A stretch of DNA of 32,000 nt from Nanobdella aerobiophila (lineage in GTDB: Archaea; Nanobdellota; Nanobdellia; Nanobdellales; Nanobdellaceae). Both the position numbers and the translations under genes were made by a program. Under the pieces are notes generated by a model. It saw only the letters and a program-made list of their open reading frames with translations. It did no database searches and was not told the DNA's origin. Positions 24,730-32,000 of the stretch are shown here, piece by piece (position 1 is the first letter of the stretch; each line of letters starts with the position of its first letter). The stretch spans positions 600,001-632,000 of the forward strand of contig NZ_AP019769.1 of assembly GCF_023169545.1 (NCBI RefSeq), given 5' to 3'.

Positions 24730-26244
24730 TTACCTTTTTAGGCTTTTTATTGTATATTTATTGAAAAATATCTTATATAATTTTAGTCTATATGGCAATG
24801 TATTTAAGAAAGGTATCCATGGTAGTAATGCTAATAATATGAAGAATCCTAATCCTGCTATACCTGTATATAATGTATGCCACCATGGTATATGATCTCC
24901 TATTATCTCTATTGCGTCTAAATAAAATAACCAATAGGAGCCTATTTGATATTCTTCCACATTAAATTTAATCATACCAAAATAATACTCATGTAACTTA
25001 TACTCTGAACCTTCTATATTATGTATTAGAGACATATCTGCAAGTAATCTATCTGTATATGTATAATCTAGAGGAGAATTATAAGGAGACTCACTTAATA
25101 ATATATCATCATATAATCCTGTTCTCCCCATCAAAACTAAAGATGCGATTACTTTTTCAAAATAATTATTGGAGTTTAAAGCAGAATAAATATTGCCATT
25201 GTCCTCAAAATATGTATATGCTGAATTTATTTGTTCTTCTTGCAATGTATAGTTTTCTGATTGGAATATAGATAAATAATTAGTTTCATTTAATGAATTT
25301 ACAAGAATATTATAAGGATACTCTACATAAACATATCTAGTATTAATTTCATAAGGATTTGTAGATAAATTATAAGGATTATAATATCCTAGAGGAGAAA
25401 ATTTTGAATATGTTGCAGTTCCAGATGTATAATTATATTCTTGAATTAAAGTAACTGCTAATAAATTTGGATAATTCTTTGCTGCATATTGTATATTTAA
25501 TTGCTCTATTTGCGGATAATACCATAAAGGTCCTAGAATAACTCCAAGAGCGATTATTAATCCTCCTATTAAACCCGCTCTAATAAACAATTTCTTATGA
25601 TCTGCTTTCACAATATTGTATTTAACATATTTTTTATCTATATTTGAAATTCCCCTCTTAGTTTCTAATAATATATGTATACCAATTAATAATGTTAATA
25701 TAATAGGAACAACTGCAATATGCCAACCATACAAAGCACCGTAATTTTCAGGATTTATAAAATATAAATAAAAAGAGTTCCATAATCCAGCACCACTCTT
25801 ATCATTATATTGAGCAACTATATTATAATTTAATCCTAATCCAAAGGCATATTGAATAGAAGCAACAAAAAATATTACCACACCTAAAACCCACATATCC
25901 TTTCTTCTTAAATGAGCTCCTGTAAAATACATTGTAATACCATGGATTATCATTAGAGTCATAAAAATTTCTGCAGCCCAGAAATGTATTTGAGATATTA
26001 ATACACCCCACCATGTAAAATTCCACCAAAATGGACCAAATATAACCATTATTACACCAGTTATTATTAAAATAATTAATGCAACAACCATAAAGATTCC
26101 TGTTTGAAAGAAGAATGAATTTCCATATTCTGGCAAATTTTCTATATAAAAAGACTCAAATATTTCTTTTAAATCTTTTAAAGTCTGATTTTTATTTATA
26201 ATATCTTTTACGAAATTCGATCTCATAAAAAATAGTATAAACAA
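24730..26244 (-). CDS. Cytochrome b (bc1/b6 N-terminal domain)-like four-helix, four-His membrane protein with a large Tyr/Asn-rich extracytoplasmic domain and a C-terminal TM
   Basis: NLPEYGNSFFFQTGIFMVVALIILIITGV...ISQIHFWAAEIFMTLMIIHGITMYFTGAHLRRKDMWVLGVVIFFVASIQYAFG...YGWHIAVVPIILTLLIGIHILLETKRG aligns by eye with bovine cytochrome b ([56 protein letters not shown]...[28 protein letters not shown]). The His pairs are H87/H101 (spacing 14) and H175/H190 (spacing 15, b6-like). Confidence 0.65.
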   Translation of the reverse strand: MFILFFMRSNFVKDIINKNQTLKDLKEIFESFYIENLPEYGNSFFFQTGIFMVVALIILIITGVIMVIFGPFWWNFTWWGVLISQIHFWAAEIFMTLMIIHGITMYFTGAHLRRKDMWVLGVVIFFVASIQYAFGLGLNYNIVAQYNDKSGAGLWNSFYLYFINPENYGALYGWHIAVVPIILTLLIGIHILLETKRGISNIDKKYVKYNIVKADHKKLFIRAGLIGGLIIALGVILGPLWYYPQIEQLNIQYAAKNYPNLLAVTLIQEYNYTSGTATYSKFSPLGYYNPYNLSTNPYEINTRYVYVEYPYNILVNSLNETNYLSIFQSENYTLQEEQINSAYTYFEDNGNIYSALNSNNYFEKVIASLVLMGRTGLYDDILLSESPYNSPLDYTYTDRLLADMSLIHNIEGSEYKLHEYYFGMIKFNVEEYQIGSYWLFYLDAIEIIGDHIPWWHTLYTGIAGLGFFILLALLPWIPFLNTLPYRLKLYKIFFNKYTIKSLKR

Positions 26245-26276
26245 AAATTTTATAAGATAAAAAGATTATTACACCG

Positions 26277-27095
26277 TTATATATTTATCAAAAAAGATCC
26301 TTTTGGAGTTATAGGAATTATTATATCAAATAATATTAATGTAGCTATTAAAAATATCAATATATACTTTGCTCCTGCTCTATAAGAATCATTATACATT
26401 TTTCCCATAGCCAAGCCAGCAAATATACCCTGTATTATAGATAAATTATACATTAAATTTGTTATATAATTTGTATTTATAGTACTCGTCTGACCCGGCA
26501 AACTTATTGATAAAAAAGGTAACAAAAATACTTGAAATGTAAATATTATACCTAAGAAAAACATGAATACTAGATATGAATCTATTATATTTTCGTGCAT
26601 TTCTGCTCTTTTAGATTCTTTTATTTTTCTAACCTCTACTAAACTATTTATAACAGCTTCCAGGCCTTTTTCTAAATTTCCACCGCTTTTATATATATCT
26701 ATTAAAGACTTTATTGTTCTTCTTATTGTTGAATTATTACTTTCTTCTCCAAACTCCATTAAAGAGTCTTCTATACTTATACCCCAATCTATTCTTGCTG
26801 ATAGATTTTTTAATAATTCATTTATTACACCATAATCATTATTTTCTAATTGTTTCAAAGATAATGGCAATGATAATCCTGATTTTAACAAATCCATTAA
26901 ATCTAATGAAAATCTAATGAATTGCTCCTCTTTTTGCATTTCTATCCTATTATTAATTTCTTGATATATTAGATATGGAAATATACCAAAAACTACGCCT
27001 GTAATTATGGCTTTGGATATATTAAAGTCCAATAAAAGACCAAACATTAATATTAATCCTATAATTAATATTATAGTAATTATCTCAAATCTCAT
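26277..27095 (-). CDS. Type IV pilus/archaellum platform protein, FlaJ/TadC-like, second (C-terminal) T2SS-F half
   Basis: One T2SS-F-type domain is present (FIRFSLDLMDLLKSGLSLPLSLKQL...IRRTIKSLIDIYKSGGNLEKGLEAVINSL), flanked by TM segments. The start overlaps the upstream half-gene stop (ATGA at 27092-27095). Confidence 0.75.
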   Translation of the reverse strand: MRFEIITIILIIGLILMFGLLLDFNISKAIITGVVFGIFPYLIYQEINNRIEMQKEEQFIRFSLDLMDLLKSGLSLPLSLKQLENNDYGVINELLKNLSARIDWGISIEDSLMEFGEESNNSTIRRTIKSLIDIYKSGGNLEKGLEAVINSLVEVRKIKESKRAEMHENIIDSYLVFMFFLGIIFTFQVFLLPFLSISLPGQTSTINTNYITNLMYNLSIIQGIFAGLAMGKMYNDSYRAGAKYILIFLIATLILFDIIIPITPKGSFLINI

Positions 27096-28471
27096 TCTGA
27101 AGATATTTTACTAAATGCAACTATAAAGCCTATATTTATCAATGGTAGCCCTACATAAACCATTAGGTCTAATAATCCAGATATATTTGTGTTATATGTT
27201 TGCTGTATTATTGACATTAACATCACTCCAATAGATAGTATTATCATCGGTAATGTTAATACCATACCTACATATAAATCTGAAAAGGTCTTTGCAGCCT
27301 GCCCCTCTTTTTTCAATAGATTATTATATCTTATCATTTCCTGGGTAGAATATAACATTAGAAATTCTGATATTTTTCTCCCAGACCTTATTGTTAATAT
27401 AAATTCTTCTAAAAAGTCTTTTAATTCTTTTGATGGTGTCTCTTCAGCAACAGACTTTAGTGCATCAGTCAGGCTTTCTCCAATATTTATCCTTTCTATT
27501 ATCTTACCGATCTCCTTAGATAGATATCTATATTCTTCGGTTTCTGCTATCAATTTAAATATTTCTTTTGGTTCTATTCCTGCCTCTGCCAAAGAAGCCA
27601 TATGTATAATTACAAATGGTAGATTTCTATCTATATCATGTTTTATACTATTTTTCCTATATTCTAAATAATAATATGGTATTATTGTTATTACAAATAT
27701 GAAAAATAGCCCATAGAAGAAAAATATTATATTCTCAAGATATATTGTAATTAATAATAAAGATATAAATATTATGAATATTATGAATATAAAAAATGAT
27801 ACAAAAGCTTCTGGAGATATATTATAATATGTTTGACTCATATATGATTTTAATCTATAATATAATCTATGATTCCTATCCAATATATAACTTGATAGTT
27901 TTCCAAATATTTTAAATGATATATCAAATATCAATAATTTTAATTCATTGAAATAATCTACATTTTCTGTCTTTCTGTATATTTTCAGTTTTATCTTTTC
28001 TTTCTTTTCTTTTTTATTCTTTTTAAATAATACATCTTGGGCTTCAAAATATTTTTTGTCTAAGTATATACGGTTATTTTTGAATATTTTAGGAAAATAT
28101 TGGTCTATTTTATTCTGGAAATTAGTGTATTGATTGTAATATTGCTCTATCTTCGTATTTTCATCTTCCGTTTTTTGTTCCATAGTTTTTAAAAAAGATA
28201 TCATCTTATTAGCTTCATTTAAGTATTCTAATAAATTATATAATATCTTATATTTTCTATTATTCAATAATTTGATTTTTTCATTTATCTTATTATTTAA
28301 TCTATTATATTCTTTTTGATCTAGGTATCCTTTATCATACATATGATAGAAATGCTTTTTCCATTTCTTGCTTTTCCTTATCTCTTTTATTATAATTTCA
28401 AGTCTATTTATCTCCCTTTTTATCTTTTCAATATAATTATCAAGTTCTACCAATATCTCTTTATTTATCAT
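27092..28471 (-). CDS. FlaJ/TadB-like platform protein, first T2SS-F half, with a roughly 170-200 aa N-terminal coiled-coil extension
   Basis: The T2SS-F domain is DIDRNLPFVIIHMASLAEAGIEPKEIFKLIAE...LKDFLEEFILTIRSGRKISEFL, with TM segments on both sides. The N-terminal third is a Lys/Glu/Asn-rich predicted coiled coil. Confidence 0.75.
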   Translation of the reverse strand: MINKEILVELDNYIEKIKREINRLEIIIKEIRKSKKWKKHFYHMYDKGYLDQKEYNRLNNKINEKIKLLNNRKYKILYNLLEYLNEANKMISFLKTMEQKTEDENTKIEQYYNQYTNFQNKIDQYFPKIFKNNRIYLDKKYFEAQDVLFKKNKKEKKEKIKLKIYRKTENVDYFNELKLLIFDISFKIFGKLSSYILDRNHRLYYRLKSYMSQTYYNISPEAFVSFFIFIIFIIFISLLLITIYLENIIFFFYGLFFIFVITIIPYYYLEYRKNSIKHDIDRNLPFVIIHMASLAEAGIEPKEIFKLIAETEEYRYLSKEIGKIIERINIGESLTDALKSVAEETPSKELKDFLEEFILTIRSGRKISEFLMLYSTQEMIRYNNLLKKEGQAAKTFSDLYVGMVLTLPMIILSIGVMLMSIIQQTYNTNISGLLDLMVYVGLPLINIGFIVAFSKISSE

Positions 28472-28515
28472 GATAAAATATTTTATATATTTAGAAATAT
28501 ATTAATTTTAAAATC

Positions 28516-30009
28516 ATGGTTAATATGAGATTCGTAGATAATATTAAATTAGAACTCCCAAAGGATAAGATTCAAACAAATATAATATATCCAATTATAG
28601 AACCATTTTCTTATGCTCATATATATTTTGATCAAAATAAACTAGATATAATATATGAAATCATAGAGCCAAAATTATCAGAAAGTGAAAGATCAGTTTA
28701 TGAAAATATAGTATATTATATAAAAAGATTATTATTCGTAAAGCTATCTGAAATAAATGATTTTAATCAAATAATGTCATATTTAGAAAGATTATATAAA
28801 TTTGTACTAAACGATCTAGGTATAAAATTAAATCAAGAATCTTATGATAAAATATTTTATTATATTTATAGAGATCTATACGGATATAATAGTATAGAAC
28901 CATTAATGAGGGATATATTTATAGAAGATATAGAATGTTCTGGCTCTAATTTACCAATATTTATAGCACATAGATATTTTGGAAATTTAAAAACAAATAT
29001 AATATTATCAGATAAAGATGTAAGAGATATAATTGAAAAATTCGCTTTAAGATCTGGAAAACATATATCTTATGCAGAACCATTATTAGATGCTACTTTA
29101 CCAGATGGTTCTAGAATCAATGCAACATATTCTCAAGATATCACTACAAATGGTCCAACATTTACTGTAAGAAAATTTAGAGAAAATCCATGGACACCAA
29201 TAGAACTAATTAGACTTGGTACGATAAGTCCAGAAATTTTAGCATATCTATGGCTAGCTATAGAATATAAGAAAAATATGATTGTCATAGGTGGTACTGC
29301 ATCTGGAAAAACTACAATGTTGAATGCAATATCTATGTTTATACCACCGCAGGCAAGAATAATTTCTATAGAAGATACAAGAGAAATAAGATTGTATCAT
29401 GATAATTGGATTCCATCTATATCAAGATATTCTTCTGATAGAAATAAGGAAATAGATATGTATGATTTATTAAGGATGTCATTCAGACAAAGACCTGACT
29501 ATGTAATTGTCGGAGAAGTAAGAGGAGAAGAAGCTTATGTAATGTTTCAGGGCATGGCATCCGGTCATGCTGCTTTATCTACAATGCATGCAGAAAGTTC
29601 TAGATCCTTAGTACAAAGGCTTATATCACCACCTATAAATTTATCTAAATCACTAATAGAGCTATTAAATATAGTGATTATAATGCAACACGATAATTTA
29701 AATGGAATAAATATTAGAAGAGTAAAAGAAATAGATGAAATAATAAAATATAATAGATTTAATAAAGCTTATATATGGAACCCATTTAAAAAAGAATATT
29801 TAGAAAATCCAAGAAAATATTTACTAAAGATAATTGAAAGAGACTATGGTATCGAATATGATAAATTATATAAAGAATATAAAAGAAGAATAAAGTTATT
29901 AAGAAGGCTATCAGAACTAAATATTTCAGATTTTCAAACATTTTCAAAAATAATACAAACTTATTATTATAATAAAGATTATATACTAAATTACTATAAA
30001 ATAAAATAA
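28516..30009 (+). CDS. FlaI/ArlI-PilB family secretion ATPase (archaeal type IV filament assembly ATPase)
   Basis: Motifs: Walker A VIGGTASGKTTMLNA, Asp box IISIEDTREI, Walker B DYVIVGEVRGEEA, His box GHAALSTMHA. It is divergently transcribed from the FlaJ-like halves across a 44-bp spacer. Confidence 0.9.
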   Translation: MVNMRFVDNIKLELPKDKIQTNIIYPIIEPFSYAHIYFDQNKLDIIYEIIEPKLSESERSVYENIVYYIKRLLFVKLSEINDFNQIMSYLERLYKFVLNDLGIKLNQESYDKIFYYIYRDLYGYNSIEPLMRDIFIEDIECSGSNLPIFIAHRYFGNLKTNIILSDKDVRDIIEKFALRSGKHISYAEPLLDATLPDGSRINATYSQDITTNGPTFTVRKFRENPWTPIELIRLGTISPEILAYLWLAIEYKKNMIVIGGTASGKTTMLNAISMFIPPQARIISIEDTREIRLYHDNWIPSISRYSSDRNKEIDMYDLLRMSFRQRPDYVIVGEVRGEEAYVMFQGMASGHAALSTMHAESSRSLVQRLISPPINLSKSLIELLNIVIIMQHDNLNGINIRRVKEIDEIIKYNRFNKAYIWNPFKKEYLENPRKYLLKIIERDYGIEYDKLYKEYKRRIKLLRRLSELNISDFQTFSKIIQTYYYNKDYILNYYKIK

Positions 30010-30017
30010 AATTATTA

Positions 30018-32000
30018 GGGTTCGAGTAGATTATATAGCTTCACGGGATATTCAGATAGTCAGCTGAACTCCTTTACGGAGCTTACACTGCTATCTTAAC
30101 GGATCTTCTATCCGAGCCCTTAATGGCTGTCTATTTTCAAGGAAGGCTTCACCCTTAGATGCTTTCAGGGCTTATCCTTCAGGGTGTGGCTACCGGGCCT
30201 GCCCTTTTCGGACAACCCGTAAACTAGAGACCCCGATCCACCGTTCCTTTCGTACTAGGTGGACCTTTCCCTCAGACAGCCGACACTTCCGACAGTTATA
30301 ACCGAGCTGCCTCGCGGCGCTCTAAACCCATCTCACGATCTCCTTTAATGGGTGGGCACCCCCACCCTTGGCGGCTTCTGCACCACCAGGATGGAGAGAG
30401 ACGACATCGATGTCGCAAACCGCGGGGTCAATAGGGGCTCTCGCCCGCGACGGCGCTGTTACCCCCGGAGTAGCTTTTTCGCCAGCCCATACCCCCACCA
30501 AAGGGAGTATGGGGTTCGCTAGGCCCAGGTTTCCCTCCTGTATCCCTTGATGGTCAGGATACAGCCAGGCTAGCTTTTGGCCTTGTCCTCTACAGCGGAT
30601 TTCTAACCCGCTTGAGCTAACCATATGGACCCTGCCGATATCTTTTCGGCAAGGTGCCGCCCCAGCCAAACTGTCCACCTGCTGATGTTCCCTTTCGGGT
30701 CAGCCTTAAAAGATTTGGAGGTGGGTGTTTCATCGTCGCATCTTTCTTACCTAGCGGCAAGAATTCATAGCTCCCCACTACACTACACACCAAATCTTTC
30801 AAGGCAACAGCAAGCTACAGTTAAGCTTCACGGGGTCTTTTTTACCCATCGGAAGTCCCTGGCTTTCTCACCAGGATGGCTTTTCAGGAGGTACCAGCCC
30901 GGGACAGTGGCGGACTAGTTACGTCGTTCGCAAAGCCGGCAATTAACCGGCAAGGCATTACGCTACCTTAAGAGGGTCAGAGTTACCCCCGCCGTTTACC
31001 GGTCCTTAGCTCCCTTGAACGGGAGGTTCAGATACCGACACTGAGCAGACGTCACCCCCAGTACACATCCTTTCGGACTAGCTGGGAGCTATGTCTTTAA
31101 TAAACAGTCCGCCCGCCCTTGTAACTGCGACCTGCAGTACTATGTACCGCAGGCATCCCTTATCCCAAAGTTACGGGACCATTTTGCCGAGTTCCCTGGA
31201 CTGGTTTAACCTCACGGCCTTAGGCTGTTCACCCAGAGGACCAATACTGGATTGCGGTACGATCGTTCGGAATCGCATCTTTTTCCTTTTCATTGCTAGA
31301 AGGCCTCGGCAGAACCTTTCGGCCCGTCAGGATTTAAGCTGGTTCTCATCATGACGATACTCCCCAGCTTTATCTCCCTTAGTATGATAGGTAGATTTTA
31401 CTCTACCCTCATATCTGCCTAGCCCTCTAGGTCGGAAAAAGAAGTTGCGTCACCGCATCTATCCGAACGGTAGAGGAATATTAACCTCTTTCCCTTTCTC
31501 CGAATCCCTCTCGGGAATCGGATTAGGATCGACTAACCCCAAGCTGATCTTCATAGCTTGGGAAACCTTTCCCCCTTCGGCCAATAGGATTCTCACCTAT
31601 CTCATTCTTACTACCGCAGAGATCTTCATTCTCAACGGCTCCAGGTTTCCTTTCAGAAACCCTTCTAGGCCATTGAGACGCCCACCTACCTCACGCCGGA
31701 CAATGTCCAGCGGACTAAGGTCTCGGCAGCCAACTTAGACCCGTCCGTTTGCGGAGCCTATCTCCTCGCCAGGTGAGTTGTTACACACTCCTTAGATGAT
31801 AGCCACTATTGGGCCCACATCCCTGGTGTCTTAGGAAATAGACTCCTTCTAAATCTATTAGCTGGCATTTTGGGGCCTTAACCTTAGTCTCGGTTGTTCC
31901 CGTCTCGGAATTGCGGATTTCCCGCAATCCCCTGCTCCCAGATAAAGGACCTTACAGCTTCGGAGTTGGACTCTATATGGGAATCCCATATAAAATCCGT
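30018..32000 (-). rRNA. rrl: 23S ribosomal RNA, 3' roughly two-thirds (5' part lies beyond the window end)
   Basis: The reverse complement contains CCUGAAAGCAUCUAAG (near the 3' end), the sarcin-ricin loop AGUACGAAAGGAAC, the PTC strand GGGGGUAACAGCG, GACAUCGAUGUCG, and H69-H71 GGUAAACGGCGGGGGUAACUCUGACCCUCUUAAGGUAGCG. It is GC-rich. The 3' end is approximate to about 15 nt. Confidence 0.95.

Noticed and set aside
30322-31738. Track ORFs 30322-30678, 30368-30550, 30617-30802, 30625-30918, 31091-31354 and 31445-31738
   Set aside because: All fall inside the 23S rRNA gene (sarcin-ricin loop, PTC and H69 sequences are identifiable). They are not protein-coding.

Overview
The window is very AT-rich, tightly packed archaeal DNA with sharply GC-rich islands that mark structural RNAs. 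The 16S gene (about 21056-22536, +) begins CTCCCGTTGATCCTGCG and reads GTGGCAGTCGCCACGG at the normally universal 515 site. From memory these are Nanoarchaeota signatures, so I infer a nanoarchaeote (Nanoarchaeum/Nanopusillus-like) genome. The 16S and a partial 23S (about 30018 to beyond 32000, -) are unlinked, convergent and separated by about 7.5 kb of protein genes. I support about 35 protein genes. They cover translation (EF-2, diphthine-ammonia ligase, L35Ae, L41e, S19), RNA processing (Rrp4, Rrp41, archaeosine TGT catalytic domain), nucleic-acid enzymes (an Lhr-core helicase with its metallophosphoesterase partner, a Cas4-like nuclease, an NFACT-R-only protein, a fused NTase-HEPN protein, a degenerate HIT protein), small Fe-S proteins (three tandem mono-cluster ferredoxins, a CDGSH mini-protein), and envelope functions (a large surface protein, a FlaI-like ATPase with a split FlaJ-like platform). 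I found no tRNA, CRISPR array, transposase or integrase. The observations I rate highest are: (1) an unannotated H/ACA guide RNA at 4586-4638 whose pocket matches the 23S helix-69 loop encoded in this same window, abutted by a C/D-box-like sRNA in a possible composite guide locus; (2) a four-histidine cytochrome b-like membrane protein as third gene of the split FlaJ-like operon; (3) a 4xCBS protein fused to an HPF/RaiA-like ribosome-hibernation domain and translationally coupled to rrp4-rrp41; (4) a Dph6-GATase translationally coupled pair next to EF-2; (5) a 16S 3' end with no CCUCC anti-Shine-Dalgarno tail; (6) three ferredoxin paralogs followed by three membrane-protein paralogs; (7) several half genes (ArcTGT, Lhr, NFACT), with the ArcTGT fragment also lacking every zinc-site cysteine. 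All homology calls come from reading motifs by eye; no database search was run.
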